Source of the DNA: Dehalococcoidia bacterium
GTDB lineage: Bacteria > Chloroflexota > Dehalococcoidia > GIF9 > AB-539-J10
Assembly: GCA_049586675.1 (NCBI GenBank)
Contig: JBAVCL010000033.1
Location: forward strand, 15,336-79,335
Reading direction: 5' to 3'
Length of the DNA: 64,000 nt
In this document: positions 28,111 to 38,799 of the stretch, one piece after another
Layout of the letters: each line of letters begins with the position of its first letter
Position numbering within the stretch: the stretch's first letter is position 1
Position numbers and translations under genes: made by a program
The notes under the pieces: generated by a model
Seen by the model: the letters and a program-made list of their open reading frames with translations, nothing else
The model's database searches: none
What the model was told of the DNA's origin: nothing

Positions 28111-28998
28111 ATGGGAGTCAACTGGGCACAAGTATTATTTAATTCGGCATTCACGGGCAGCCTCTATCTAATTGCGGCGGTCGGCCTTACCTTGACCTAT
28201 AGTCTTTCCGGTTTTCCCAACTTCGCCTATGCTGAATTTATGACTTTGGGTGCTTATATGGGGTATTTTGTGGTTCGCCAGTTGGGTCTTGACTTTTCCT
28301 TTGCCTTTATCGCCGCCTTCCTGGCTTCTGGAATATTGGGAGCTCTGGCATATCGAGGAATCTTTCGGTTCTTAGCCAACCGGGGATCGACCAAAATCCA
28401 CCTCATGGTAGCCTCTATAGGTCTCGGCTTCGTCATCAGGCCCATCATTGGTCAGATATGGGGCTGGCCATCCCTCACCTTTGGGATTACCTGGCCTGGT
28501 TTCGACATCGGTCCCCTCAGGGTTACCAACCTCTGGTTGGGGCTTATCTTTACAGCCCTGGTTATGGCAGGGATTATGCATCTTTTGCTAACAAGAACAA
28601 AGACAGGCAAAGCTATTCGAGGAATCTCCACTAATCCCGAATTGGCTCTAGCTTCGGGTATTAATATCGACCGGGTGAATTTAGTGACCTGGGCAGGTGG
28701 GGCAGCACTGGCAGGTATCGCTGGATTATTTCGAGGAGCGATTGCCTCGCTTTCCCCGCTCCTGGGCTGGTCAATGATACTGCCTGTTTTCGCAGCTGCC
28801 ATACTGGGGGGGATAGGCAGCTTCTATGGAGTCTTGGCGGCTGCTTTTATCCTTGGTTTAGCGGAAAACATTGGCGTGGTAGCGCTGACACACCTTGGCC
28901 TTTCCACCGATTATCGCATGGCAATAGCCTTTATAATCTTAATCGCAACTTTAATTGTAAGACCGCAAGGGCTGGCCAAAGCGTTTAGGAGGGCATGA
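28111..28998 (+). CDS. livH: Branched-chain amino acid ABC transporter permease (LivH-like)
   Basis: 295 aa, polytopic. Operon context. Confidence 0.8.
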   Translation: MGVNWAQVLFNSAFTGSLYLIAAVGLTLTYSLSGFPNFAYAEFMTLGAYMGYFVVRQLGLDFSFAFIAAFLASGILGALAYRGIFRFLANRGSTKIHLMVASIGLGFVIRPIIGQIWGWPSLTFGITWPGFDIGPLRVTNLWLGLIFTALVMAGIMHLLLTRTKTGKAIRGISTNPELALASGINIDRVNLVTWAGGAALAGIAGLFRGAIASLSPLLGWSMILPVFAAAILGGIGSFYGVLAAAFILGLAENIGVVALTHLGLSTDYRMAIAFIILIATLIVRPQGLAKAFRRA

Positions 28999-29939
28999 AC
29001 TTGGGCCTGTTAACGAATCTTCTGGACATCGTCGTTTATATCGGTATCTTTGCCATAGTTTCTTTGAGCCTTAACCTGGAGTACGGCTTTACCGGTTTAG
29101 GAAATTTTGGCAAGGTAGCCTTTTTTCTGGCGGGGGCTTATACCTATGCCATCTTAATGGAGCGAACTGGACTTCCCTTCTATCTTGCCCTTATAATAGC
29201 AATGCTGATATCCGCTGGTATCGGTCTCCTCGTTTCTTTGCCAGCTTTGAGGTTGCGGGAAGACTATCTGGCAATAGTAACCTTGGCGATTGGCGAGATA
29301 CTAAGACTGATTGTCCAAGCCGAGGACTCGCTTGCTCATGGTGTCTGGGGAATTACCGTGCCTCCTGCCATCCATTGGTCGGGCATGTCTGTTATAGAGA
29401 TGAGAATGGTCAATATCGGGCTAATATATTTCTGCCTGATTCTTTGTTTTATCTTTGCCGAGTTGCTGACCAGGTCACCTTATGGTCGTGTTCTGCGGGC
29501 TATCCGGGAAGATGAAGTAGCGGCAGAAGCCCTGGGAAAGGACCGGGTCAAGTACAAAGCTCAGGTATTCATGCTTGGTTCAGCATTAACCGGGCTTGGT
29601 GGTGCTCTTTATGCTCAATACATGCAGTTTATTGACCCTTATATGTTTATTCCCTTGGTCACCTTTACGGTGTGGATAATGGTTATTGTAGGTGGTCCAG
29701 CTAATAACTGGGGGGTATTACTCGGGGCATCCCTCGTTATACTTTTTGAACGAGGGGCAAGGGTAATTAAAGATTACTTACTTTTGCCTATTGACCCGAT
29801 TAATCTCCAATATATTTTGTTCGGTCTTTTAGTCATATTTCTCCTGGCCTACCGCCCACAAGGGCTGTTAAAGGAGCGCCATGTAGAGACCAGGGCAATA
29901 GAGGTAGTTCAGCGATGGAAGAATCGCTCCTCAGAGTAA
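28995..29939 (+). CDS. livM: Branched-chain amino acid ABC transporter permease (LivM-like)
   Basis: 314 aa, polytopic. 4-nt overlap with livH. Confidence 0.8.
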   Translation: MNLGLLTNLLDIVVYIGIFAIVSLSLNLEYGFTGLGNFGKVAFFLAGAYTYAILMERTGLPFYLALIIAMLISAGIGLLVSLPALRLREDYLAIVTLAIGEILRLIVQAEDSLAHGVWGITVPPAIHWSGMSVIEMRMVNIGLIYFCLILCFIFAELLTRSPYGRVLRAIREDEVAAEALGKDRVKYKAQVFMLGSALTGLGGALYAQYMQFIDPYMFIPLVTFTVWIMVIVGGPANNWGVLLGASLVILFERGARVIKDYLLLPIDPINLQYILFGLLVIFLLAYRPQGLLKERHVETRAIEVVQRWKNRSSE

Positions 29940-30676
29940 AAGAAGTCGGGAAACACTTTGGTGGTCTGTGGGCTGTGAATCGTGCCAGCCTGGATGTTGC
30001 TCGTGGCAGTATCACCGCTCTGGTGGGCCCCAACGGTAGTGGCAAGACTACTTTGTTTAGTGTCGTCTTCGGTTTACACAAGCCAGACGCGGGTTGTGTT
30101 TATTTCAATGGTGAGCGTATTGACCACCTTGCCCCCCATCAAGTTTATGCTAAGGGCATAGTTCATGCCTTTCAAATACCCAGGTTGTTTTCTCGTTTGA
30201 CCGTTCTGGACAACATGCTCCTGGCAGCAAGGGGACATAAGGGTGATGGCTTGTTAAATAGCGTGGTGTTCAGGAAAGGATGGCAGGCTCAGGAAAGAGA
30301 GCTGGCGGATAAAGCTTTAGAACTGCTTAATCTCCTGGAACTTGATCATTTAACTCTGTCCCCGGCTGGCGAATTATCTGGTGGACAAAGAAAACTTCTT
30401 GAGATAGGTAGAGCTCTTATGGCTGCCCCGCTATTATTACTCTTGGATGAGCCAGCGGCTGGTGTTAACCCCAATCTAGGGCGAAAGATTTTTGAAAAAA
30501 TTGAGCTTTTCCGCCAGGGGGGGCTCAGTTTCTTCATTATTGAGCACCGGTTGGAAATACTCTTTGATTTTGCCGACTGGGTTTACGTTATGGATAGAGG
30601 GAAGATAGCGGTTGAAGGTAAGCCAAATGAAGTAGCGAAGGATTCTATTTTCTATAAGGTATATTTAGGAGACTAA
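29915..30676 (+). CDS. livG: ABC transporter ATP-binding protein (LivG-like)
   Basis: Walker A GPNGSGKTT. Signature LSGGQRK. Walker B LLLLDEP. Confidence 0.85.
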   Translation: MEESLLRVKEVGKHFGGLWAVNRASLDVARGSITALVGPNGSGKTTLFSVVFGLHKPDAGCVYFNGERIDHLAPHQVYAKGIVHAFQIPRLFSRLTVLDNMLLAARGHKGDGLLNSVVFRKGWQAQERELADKALELLNLLELDHLTLSPAGELSGGQRKLLEIGRALMAAPLLLLLDEPAAGVNPNLGRKIFEKIELFRQGGLSFFIIEHRLEILFDFADWVYVMDRGKIAVEGKPNEVAKDSIFYKVYLGD

Positions 30677-31393
30677 GTGGAAAGCATATTTGTTGCCGAA
30701 GACATTGTGGCTGGTTATGGGGATGTGGAGATTGTGCACAGTGTTTCGGTACGAGTAGACGCCGGAGAGATTGTAGCTATTATCGGTCCCAACGGTAGTG
30801 GTAAATCAACTTTAATAAAAAGTCTTCTTGGCTTTGCTCGCCTCTTTCGTGGTCGAGTCTTTTGCGGTGCGAGAAATATTACTGGTATTGCTCCAGACCG
30901 TGCTGTGACTTTAGGTATAAACTACGTTCCTCAAATCAATAATGTTTTTGTCAACTTGACAGTGACGGAAAATCTGGAATTGGGAGCCTATACCAGAAGG
31001 GATGGCAATATTAAAGCTGACATAGCGGAAGTTTATCAGTTGTTCCCGGAGCTGGCAGCAAGGAAGAAGGCTTGGGCAGGTAACTTGAGTGGGGGGGAGA
31101 GGCAGATGTTAGCCCTCGCCCGGGCAATGATGACCAAGCCCAAGGTACTGCTTCTTGATGAGCCGCTAGCTTCCCTAGCGCCCAAGGCCATTTCTCCTCT
31201 TTTGACAAAAATGGAGAGAATTAGAGACAGCGGCACAGCAGTAGTAATTGTCGAGCAAAATGTCAAAAGAGCTTTAGAGATCTCGCATCGCTGCTATGCT
31301 CTGGTGGATGGGCGCTGCGTCCTGGAGGGCGACTCTAAGTCCATCCTATCTGATGAGACAGCCAAACAACGTTTTCTAGGGCTCAAAGCTTGA
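30677..31393 (+). CDS. livF: ABC transporter ATP-binding protein (LivF-like)
   Basis: GTG start directly after the livG TAA. GPNGSGKST. LSGGERQ. LLLDEP. Confidence 0.85.
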   Translation: MESIFVAEDIVAGYGDVEIVHSVSVRVDAGEIVAIIGPNGSGKSTLIKSLLGFARLFRGRVFCGARNITGIAPDRAVTLGINYVPQINNVFVNLTVTENLELGAYTRRDGNIKADIAEVYQLFPELAARKKAWAGNLSGGERQMLALARAMMTKPKVLLLDEPLASLAPKAISPLLTKMERIRDSGTAVVIVEQNVKRALEISHRCYALVDGRCVLEGDSKSILSDETAKQRFLGLKA

Positions 31394-31548
31394 AATAATG
31401 TGTCAAATCATGTAAGATAATAATTTCTTGTGTAAGAATATAAATGTGTTTATCAATGCTTCTGGAAGGAGGGAGCCTATGGGGTAGAAAGATGTTAACA
31501 ACAAGATATCCGCTCTAACAATTATGAATGGTTTGAAAGGAGGAATGT

Positions 31549-32733
31549 ATGTCTAAGAAAATACTAGCTGTATTACTTGTGGTTTGTATGGCTCTGGTTG
31601 GGGTACTTGTTTCCGGGTGCGGAGGAGGAGGAGGACCCACAGAAATAAAGATAGGTGGTATCTTTGATACGACCGGGGACCTGGCGGATATGGGCGCATT
31701 GATAATTAAAGGCGCCACTCTGGCTGTGGAGGATATTAATGCTGCCGGGGGAGTGCTCGGCGGCAAGAATCTGACGCTTTTGGCTGAAGATGGTGCCACC
31801 TCCCCGGATACTGGTTTTACTGCTTTTAAGAAGCTGGTGGAGGTGGATGGAGTTAAAGTCATCGTCGGTCCCATGATCAGTGGGGCAGCTATGTCCTCTG
31901 GAAACTACGCCGCATTGATGGAGGTGCCCTTTGTTTCACCTTCAGCTAGCTCACCCTTGCTCACTGACCAACCCTGGACTGAGTGGAATTTACGTACTTG
32001 CACCACTGATTATCTTCAGGGAGGGGTTCTGGCCAAAACGATCATTGATGAGGGCGGGAAGAAAGTAGCCACCTTGGTTCAGGACACTCCATACGGCGTT
32101 GGTATCGAGCAAGTAGTTACCCAAAAGCTTCAGGCGGCGGGGGTGGAAGTTGTAAAAAGTATCAGATATGACGAGGCGAAACTCGACTATCTTACGGAGC
32201 TGCAGGAAATCAAAAACGCCAATCCTGATTATATCATTCATGTTGGTTACCACGGTGACGGCGCTGTAGTCTATGCGCAAGCTGACAGCCTGGGTCTAGA
32301 CACAATCAAGTGGCTGGTTTCTGAGGGTGTTTATGGTCTGGATGCAACGAAGTACCCAGAGGCTGCTGCATTTATGGCTAAAGGTAATCTTCGTGGCACT
32401 ACTTTAGCTACGGACCCATCATACTCCCCGGGTTTGGCATTCGCGGCGGCATATAAAGCACGCTGGGGTGTAGACCCAGGAGTCTATTGTGACACTGCTT
32501 ATGATGCTGTCAAGTTGATAGCCAAAGCGATAGATAAAGCCGGTGTCTACGATGGCGCGGCGATAAAAGATGCCCTCTATCAAGTGGGTGTTAATTATCA
32601 GGGTGTCAGCGGGACAGTAACCTTCGATGCAACCGGCGACCGAATTAGTGCTACTTACGGAATCTGGAAACTACAATATAACGAGGGAACAGGGAAATAC
32701 GAGTACAAAATTTTACAGTACATTCCGTTATAG
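31549..32733 (+). CDS. Branched-chain amino acid ABC transporter substrate-binding lipoprotein
   Basis: Lipobox LVSGC followed by a Gly linker. Type-1 periplasmic-binding-protein-like sequence. Confidence 0.8.
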   Translation: MSKKILAVLLVVCMALVGVLVSGCGGGGGPTEIKIGGIFDTTGDLADMGALIIKGATLAVEDINAAGGVLGGKNLTLLAEDGATSPDTGFTAFKKLVEVDGVKVIVGPMISGAAMSSGNYAALMEVPFVSPSASSPLLTDQPWTEWNLRTCTTDYLQGGVLAKTIIDEGGKKVATLVQDTPYGVGIEQVVTQKLQAAGVEVVKSIRYDEAKLDYLTELQEIKNANPDYIIHVGYHGDGAVVYAQADSLGLDTIKWLVSEGVYGLDATKYPEAAAFMAKGNLRGTTLATDPSYSPGLAFAAAYKARWGVDPGVYCDTAYDAVKLIAKAIDKAGVYDGAAIKDALYQVGVNYQGVSGTVTFDATGDRISATYGIWKLQYNEGTGKYEYKILQYIPL

Positions 32734-33154
32734 TCCCAATGAAAAGCAGGGCGGGACGGAGATAACTTAGCGGGATGCCAATCTCTGGCCCGCTTCCGCT
32801 TTACTTTCAGAACTTAAGATATAGAGATTTATAGCGGTACGGTATATATGGGGACAGTTGCGGTGGTGTCATGTGAGCTTTCCGCAGCATCAGGTTATGC
32901 CTTCATTCAGCTATTATGACGTAACAAATGCATGCTAAATTATGTTCTACCGTGCCAAGATAACTGCCTGCTTATGTTTGAGTCCTGCCCTGTACTTGAT
33001 TTCGGTACATAAGGTGTGGGTGAAAGCTTGCTCCGGCTGTATTCCCCGCGAATATTCTACCATACATAATAACGACAAACACACATCTCTCTCAAACTTG
33101 TATATATCTTTACCTTTTAGGAGTTGTAGTGATAAAATGATATAAAGGATAGCA

Positions 33155-33907
33155 ATGTCAGGACATTCTAAGTGGGCAAATATTAAGCGGCAGAAGGGAG
33201 TAGCTGATGCCAAGCGCGGGCAGATATTTACCAAGCTTGCTCGAGAAATCATAGTTGCAGTGCGACAAGGTGGAACTAATTCAGACAGTAATTTCCAGTT
33301 ACGTTTAGCAGTACAGAAAGCCCGTGATAATAACATGCCTTCGGAGAATATCGAGAGGGCTATAAAGCGGGGTAGCGGTGAAGCCGGGGCAGCTGTCTTA
33401 ACTGAGACGAGATTCGAAGGCTATGGTCCAAGCGGGATAGCGGTTTTGGTGGAAGCCTTGACCGATAACCGTAATCGCACTGTTCAGGATGTGCGCCGTC
33501 TCTTCACCCGCCATGGGGGGAATCTTGGTGAGAGTGGTTGTGTCTCCTGGCTGTTTGAGAGTAGAGGAGTAATCACTGTAGAAAGCAATGCCTCAGATGC
33601 CGAAGGAATAGTGCTACGAGCTATCGATGCCGGGGCTGAAGATGTTAAGGCCGAAAACGGTTATGTGGAAATTTACACGCAACCGCAGGATTTAGAAAAA
33701 GTAAGAAAGGTTATTGAAGAGAAAGAACATGTGATTTCGGCGGAGCTCTCGCTAGCGCCTAAAACTACAGTGTTGCTGGAGGAAAGTAAAGCAGTTCAAG
33801 CCCTGAATTTCCTCGACGAGCTAGAAGGATTAGACGATGTACAGCGTGTTTTCTCCAATATGGATTTTTCTGAAGCTACCTTAGAAAGGCTGCGCAGTCA
33901 AACCTAA
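33155..33907 (+). CDS. yebC: YebC/PmpR-family probable transcriptional regulator
   Basis: MSGHSKWANIKRQKGVADAKRGQIFTKLAREI… diagnostic N-terminus. Conserved yebC-ruvC-ruvA order. Confidence 0.9.
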   Translation: MSGHSKWANIKRQKGVADAKRGQIFTKLAREIIVAVRQGGTNSDSNFQLRLAVQKARDNNMPSENIERAIKRGSGEAGAAVLTETRFEGYGPSGIAVLVEALTDNRNRTVQDVRRLFTRHGGNLGESGCVSWLFESRGVITVESNASDAEGIVLRAIDAGAEDVKAENGYVEIYTQPQDLEKVRKVIEEKEHVISAELSLAPKTTVLLEESKAVQALNFLDELEGLDDVQRVFSNMDFSEATLERLRSQT

Positions 33908-33912
33908 ATCTA

Positions 33913-33940
33913 CCCACGAAAATCGCAAGATTTTCGTGGG
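33913..33940 (+). repeat. Palindrome cccacgaaaatc-GCAA-gattttcgtggg between yebC and ruvC (copy 1)
   Basis: 12-bp perfect stem with 4-nt loop. Core acgaaaatcgcaagattttcgt recurs at 54427..54448. No adjacent U-tract on either strand. Confidence 0.6.
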
Positions 33941-34018
33941 GGCCCGGTTTAAATTTAAAATTAAATTTATGGGTATCCCCAAAAAGTCACAAGACTCCTT
34001 TTGAGGAAATAGTTTAAC

Positions 34019-34519
34019 ATGCGCATTCTCGGAGTTGACCCCGGTACTATAAATTTAGGCTATGGTGTAGTGGATGGCGAAGAGGAAATGCATATGGTGG
34101 ATTGCGGAGTAATCAATCTCCCAGCCCGGTTTCCTATGGAAGAAAGGCTACGCTCTCTCTACAGTGAATTAAGCAAAATTATCGCCAGGCATAAACCAAA
34201 TGAAGTAGCCATTGAAGAGCCCTTTATCGGCCACAACGTAAAGTCAGCGTTCGCTATCGGCAAAGCACAAGCTATAGCTATCCTGGCAGCAGTCAACCAG
34301 GGATTGCCCATCTACTATTACTCACCAGCCAAGGTAAAGCAGCAAATAACCAGCTATGGGCAAAGCGATAAACAACAGGTTCAAGAAATGGTAAGAGTCC
34401 AGCTCGGGCTCTCCGAGCTACCTCGGCCTACCGATGCTGCAGATGCCCTGGCTGTAGCCATGTGCCACATTCAACAGAGGCGCCTTAACCAATGGCTCAC
34501 TGAACATACGCCGAAATGA
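34019..34519 (+). CDS. ruvC: Holliday junction resolvase RuvC
   Basis: MRILGVDPGT… RNase-H fold motifs. Confidence 0.9.
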   Translation: MRILGVDPGTINLGYGVVDGEEEMHMVDCGVINLPARFPMEERLRSLYSELSKIIARHKPNEVAIEEPFIGHNVKSAFAIGKAQAIAILAAVNQGLPIYYYSPAKVKQQITSYGQSDKQQVQEMVRVQLGLSELPRPTDAADALAVAMCHIQQRRLNQWLTEHTPK

Positions 34520-35097
34520 TAGCTACATTAGAAGGAATACTAGAATATCGTGGTAGCGACTCCATTATCATTAATGTCGGCGGAATAGGTTTTCGGGTAT
34601 ATGTCCCCAGCTCAACTTTAAGGCAATTAGGAGCTGTTAAAGGCAAGGTCTCCCTCCATACCCATCTCCATGTGAGAGAGGATAATATTTCCCTCTACGG
34701 TTTTGCCTCAAGCGAAGAATTAGCTTTGTTCAAAAACCTTATTTCCGTCTCCGGAATTGGCTCTAAGTTGGCTTTAGCCCTACTCTCGACTTTGAATCCT
34801 GAGCAACTTGTCATGGCTATAACCAGCGGAGATATCGACCTCCTGAGCCAGACGCCTGGCATCGGTAAAAAAATGGCCAGCCGCCTTGTCGTTGAACTCA
34901 GAGGCAAATTGGAAAAGGAGTGGAAAGATGTGGCCTTGCCCTTAGCCCCGGAGAGTGCCGATGTTATAGCTGCTTTAACTGGTTTGGGCTACTCTTTAGC
35001 GGAAGCCACCAAAGCTATCTCTAAGCTTCCAGATGCCGAGAAGCTAAGCTTAGAAGAGAAGATTAAAATGGCGCTGCAGCAAATGGCAAAAGGATAG
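34516..35097 (+). CDS. ruvA: Holliday junction branch migration protein RuvA
   Basis: MIATLEGIL… N-terminus. HhH GIGSKLA…GIGKKMA. Confidence 0.9.
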   Translation: MIATLEGILEYRGSDSIIINVGGIGFRVYVPSSTLRQLGAVKGKVSLHTHLHVREDNISLYGFASSEELALFKNLISVSGIGSKLALALLSTLNPEQLVMAITSGDIDLLSQTPGIGKKMASRLVVELRGKLEKEWKDVALPLAPESADVIAALTGLGYSLAEATKAISKLPDAEKLSLEEKIKMALQQMAKG

Positions 35098-35272
35098 GGT
35101 GGCAACGGTTGAGCCACGCAGGAGAGGCAAAAGTGCCTCTTCCTTTGGCCTTGCTGAAACATGATATAATGTGGCTTTGTTTGTTAATTTAACTGTCTAC
35201 AAGCAAGGAGGTAGATTCGACTGAGGTGGTATGTGCGAATATGACCATACTTTATAAAGCGGAGGAAGAACC

Positions 35273-37690
35273 ATGAAGTTTGTGAAATGGTTTGAAGAGA
35301 TTGGAGCACATGACATAGCTTTAGTCGGCGGCAAAAACGCGTCTCTTGGTGAAATGATAAGGAATCTGGGTGAGAAAGGGGTAAACATTCCTCCGGGATT
35401 CGCCATTACTGCCGAAGCATACAAGTATGTGGTAGAGAAAGCAGGCATAAGCCAGAAAATCAAAGACACTTTAGCGGACCTGGATACACATGATATGGAG
35501 AATTTGGCAGAGAGGGGCGAAAAGTTAAGGAATTTGATAGCGCATTCTCCCTGCCCCAAGGAATTGGAGGAGGAGATAAGAATTGCCTATCGAAAGATGG
35601 AAGAGAGATTTGGAAAGAACGTCGATGTTGCTGTGAGGAGCAGCGCTACCGCTGAAGATTTGCCTACAGCTTCATTTGCGGGACAGCAAACGAGTTACTT
35701 GAACGTGCGAGGAGAAGGCGACCTCCTGGAAAGGGTCATGGACTGCTTTGCATCTTTGTTCACGAACCGGGCAATATCGTACCGGGTAGATAAGGGGTTT
35801 AACCACCTCAGCGTTTACCTCTCGGTGGGAGTGCAAAAGATGGTTCGTTCCGATTTGGCCTGCTCTGGTGTCATGTTTTCCATAGATACAGATTCAGGTT
35901 TCAGGGACGTGGTCTACATAACTGCTGCCTATGGTCTGGGAGAGAATGTGGTGCAGGGAATTGTTGATCCAGACCAGTTTTACGTCTTCAAGCCCACTTT
36001 AAAGGAAGGTTTCAGACCTATTGTGGAGAAAAAACTGGGGACGAAGGATAGGAAACTGGTCTACATGAGACATGGGTCTGGAGCGGAGCAGAAAGAGGTC
36101 AAGGTTGAAGAGCAAAGACAGTTCGCATTAAATGACGATGAAATCTTGATTCTGGCTAGGTGGGCCTGCATTATAGAAGAACATTACGGCGTGCCCATGG
36201 ATATTGAATGGGCAAAGGATGGAGCAAACGGGGAACTTTTTGTAGTCCAAGCGCGGCCAGAGACGGTGCATTCGCAAGTAGACTTAGCTTCGCTGAGGAC
36301 TTATGTGCTTGAAGAAAAGGGGAAGTTACTGCTTAGAGGGGAGCCAGTGGGTACAAAGATCGGACAAGGTGAAGTGTGTGTAATAGAAGACAGCAGTGAG
36401 ATTCAGAAATTCAAAGATGGTCAGGTTTTGGTCGCTGATATGACAGACCCCGACTGGGAACCGATAATGAAGATTGCCAGTGGCATAGTTACCAACAAAG
36501 GTGGCAGGACATGCCACGCAGCTATCGTTAGTCGTGAGCTTGGGGTGCCGTGTGTAATTAGCACCGGCAATGGGACGGAAGTCCTGAAGGAGATAAAAGA
36601 GATCACGATAGATTGCTCAGGAGGTGAGGGCAGGATATATGAAGGGAAGCTGAAATATAGAATAGATGAGGTAGAAGTGACTAAGCTCCCCAGGCCCAAG
36701 ACCAGAATAATGATGAACTTCGGCATTCCCGGCGGTGCGTTTATTCAAAGTCAGATTCCCAATGACGGTGTAGGTCTGGCTCGGGAGGAGTTCATCATCA
36801 ACTCCTACATCGGCATACATCCAATGGCGCTGATAGAATATGATAAGTTGAAGAAGGCAGCGAGTGAAGACGAGAAATTGGCAAAGGTAATTAAAGAGAT
36901 AGATGAGAAGAGCGCAGCATATGAAGACAAGAGAGAGTTTTTCATTGACACTTTAGCGATGGGGATAGCGAAAATAGCGGCGGGGTTTTACCCCAACGAG
37001 GTCATCGTTCGGTTTTCAGACTTTAGGACAAATGAGTATGCCAATTTAATTGGGGGGTATCGTTACGAGCCAAAAGAAAGAAATCCCATGATTGGCTGGA
37101 GGGGAGCATCTCGTTATTATGATAAAAAGTTCAAGCCCGCCTTTGGTTTAGAATGTCAGGCGATAAAGGAAGTAAGGGACGAGATGGGGTTGACTAATGT
37201 CAAGGTGATGGTTCCTTTCTGCCGAACGCCGGAAGAAGGGAGAAAGGTGATAGAAGCCATGGGAGAGTTTGGCTTAAGGCGAGGAGAAAATGGGTTGGAA
37301 GTGTATGTGATGTGCGAGATACCATCAAATGTGATTTTGGCCGAGGAATTCGCCGATGTGTTCGATGGATTCAGCATAGGGTCGAACGATTTGACGCAAC
37401 TAACTCTTGGTTTGGATAGGGATTCCGAACTTGTGGCACACATATTTGATGAAAGAAATGAAGCGGTGAAGAGACTGGTGAAGCAAGTCATAGATGCTGC
37501 GCACCGTCACAAACCAAGGAGAAAGGTAGGGATATGTGGTCAGGCGCCGAGTGATTTTCCTGAATTTGCCGACTATTTAGTTGAGTGCGGCATAGATTCA
37601 ATGTCTCTGAACCCGGATGTAGTATTAGCGACGAGGTTAAATATTGCAGAAGTAGAAAAGAGGATAAAATTAAAAACCAAAAGAAAATGA
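35273..37690 (+). CDS. ppsA: Phosphoenolpyruvate synthase (pyruvate, water dikinase)
   Basis: 805 aa. N-terminal …VGGKNASLGEM. Phosphohistidine region GGRTCHAAIVSRELGVPCV. Confidence 0.9.
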   Translation: MKFVKWFEEIGAHDIALVGGKNASLGEMIRNLGEKGVNIPPGFAITAEAYKYVVEKAGISQKIKDTLADLDTHDMENLAERGEKLRNLIAHSPCPKELEEEIRIAYRKMEERFGKNVDVAVRSSATAEDLPTASFAGQQTSYLNVRGEGDLLERVMDCFASLFTNRAISYRVDKGFNHLSVYLSVGVQKMVRSDLACSGVMFSIDTDSGFRDVVYITAAYGLGENVVQGIVDPDQFYVFKPTLKEGFRPIVEKKLGTKDRKLVYMRHGSGAEQKEVKVEEQRQFALNDDEILILARWACIIEEHYGVPMDIEWAKDGANGELFVVQARPETVHSQVDLASLRTYVLEEKGKLLLRGEPVGTKIGQGEVCVIEDSSEIQKFKDGQVLVADMTDPDWEPIMKIASGIVTNKGGRTCHAAIVSRELGVPCVISTGNGTEVLKEIKEITIDCSGGEGRIYEGKLKYRIDEVEVTKLPRPKTRIMMNFGIPGGAFIQSQIPNDGVGLAREEFIINSYIGIHPMALIEYDKLKKAASEDEKLAKVIKEIDEKSAAYEDKREFFIDTLAMGIAKIAAGFYPNEVIVRFSDFRTNEYANLIGGYRYEPKERNPMIGWRGASRYYDKKFKPAFGLECQAIKEVRDEMGLTNVKVMVPFCRTPEEGRKVIEAMGEFGLRRGENGLEVYVMCEIPSNVILAEEFADVFDGFSIGSNDLTQLTLGLDRDSELVAHIFDERNEAVKRLVKQVIDAAHRHKPRRKVGICGQAPSDFPEFADYLVECGIDSMSLNPDVVLATRLNIAEVEKRIKLKTKRK

Positions 37691-37740
37691 GCGTGGGGAC
37701 GCAGGGTGCCGCTGTAATAAATTAAGGATTTTGCTTTGAG

Positions 37741-38799
37741 TTGCTATATTGCAGTGATTCCATGGTTAACAAGCCTAATATACGTGAGCAGACAGAGGAG
37801 AGAGAAGAAGCTCTTTCCCCTTATGCCGCTAAGAGTAAGTTCAGTCGTGGTCGGCTGAAGTGGGAAGAACCATGCCCCATAAGAACCAGTTTCCAACGTG
37901 ACCGTGACCGTATCATCTATTCCAAAGCCTTCCGTCGGCTAAAGCATAAGACGCAGGTTTTTATTGCTCCCTTGGGGGATCATTATGTCACCAGGCTTAC
38001 TCACACTCTGGAAGTATCCCAAATAGCCAGAACTATAGCTCGCGCTCTAAATCTCAACGAAGACCTCGCTGAGGCTATTGCTCTGGGACATGATTTGGGG
38101 CACACACCTTTTGGTCATATAGGCGAGGAGGTTCTTAACGAGTTGTATCACGGTGGTTTCAGGCATAATGAGCAAAGCTTAAGAGTAGTCGATTTATTGG
38201 AGAGGGAAGGACAGGGGCTAAATCTTACTTGGGAAGTGCGAGATGGCATTCTCAATCATTCCAAGGGACAAGCTGACATCTTAGGAGAGGGATGGGGAGA
38301 TGTCCATACTTTAGAGGGACAAATATGCAAGATAGCCGATATCGTGGCCTATGTTAACCACGATGTCGAAGATGCTATAAGAGCTGGCATTATCTCCCAG
38401 GATGATTTGCCCAAGCCAGTAGTAACAACTCTGGGTCATACGCATTCACAGCGAATTAATACCTTGGTTTGTGATATCATAGACTGCTCCTGGCCTGTTA
38501 GTGGCAATGGCAATTTAACTAATCCAACTATAGGCATGAGCCCTGAAGTCCTTAGAGCAACTAACATACTCCGCCAGTTTCTATTTGACAAAGTATATTA
38601 TCCCAGCTTAGCTGGAGAGGAGGCAGTAAAGGCGGGAAAGGTATTGCGTCTGTTATATTCTTATTTCCTGAAGCATGAGGATAGATTACCTCCAGAATTT
38701 GCCTCTTTACTGGATAACAAGGAGCGCAAAGTCATTGATTACATTGCTGGGATGACCGATCAATATGCGCTAAGATTAGCTGAAAAGATATCGCAATGA
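37741..38799 (+). CDS. HD-domain dGTP triphosphohydrolase-like protein
   Basis: …RLTHTLEVSQIAR…GHDLGHTPFGH. True start may be the ATG at about 37762. Confidence 0.8.
   Translation: MLYCSDSMVNKPNIREQTEEREEALSPYAAKSKFSRGRLKWEEPCPIRTSFQRDRDRIIYSKAFRRLKHKTQVFIAPLGDHYVTRLTHTLEVSQIARTIARALNLNEDLAEAIALGHDLGHTPFGHIGEEVLNELYHGGFRHNEQSLRVVDLLEREGQGLNLTWEVRDGILNHSKGQADILGEGWGDVHTLEGQICKIADIVAYVNHDVEDAIRAGIISQDDLPKPVVTTLGHTHSQRINTLVCDIIDCSWPVSGNGNLTNPTIGMSPEVLRATNILRQFLFDKVYYPSLAGEEAVKAGKVLRLLYSYFLKHEDRLPPEFASLLDNKERKVIDYIAGMTDQYALRLAEKISQ

Noticed and set aside
27861-28154. 97-aa minus-strand ORF between the RM gene and livH
   Set aside because: No RBS or motif. It overlaps the livH start region. Likely a promoter region.
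32947-33336. 129-aa minus-strand ORF overlapping the yebC start
   Set aside because: Antisense to conserved yebC. Cys/Leu-rich junk translation.
33913-33940. Interpreting the yebC-proximal palindrome as an intrinsic terminator
   Set aside because: No U-tract follows on either strand, and the identical core recurs in a promoter-proximal position at 54427.
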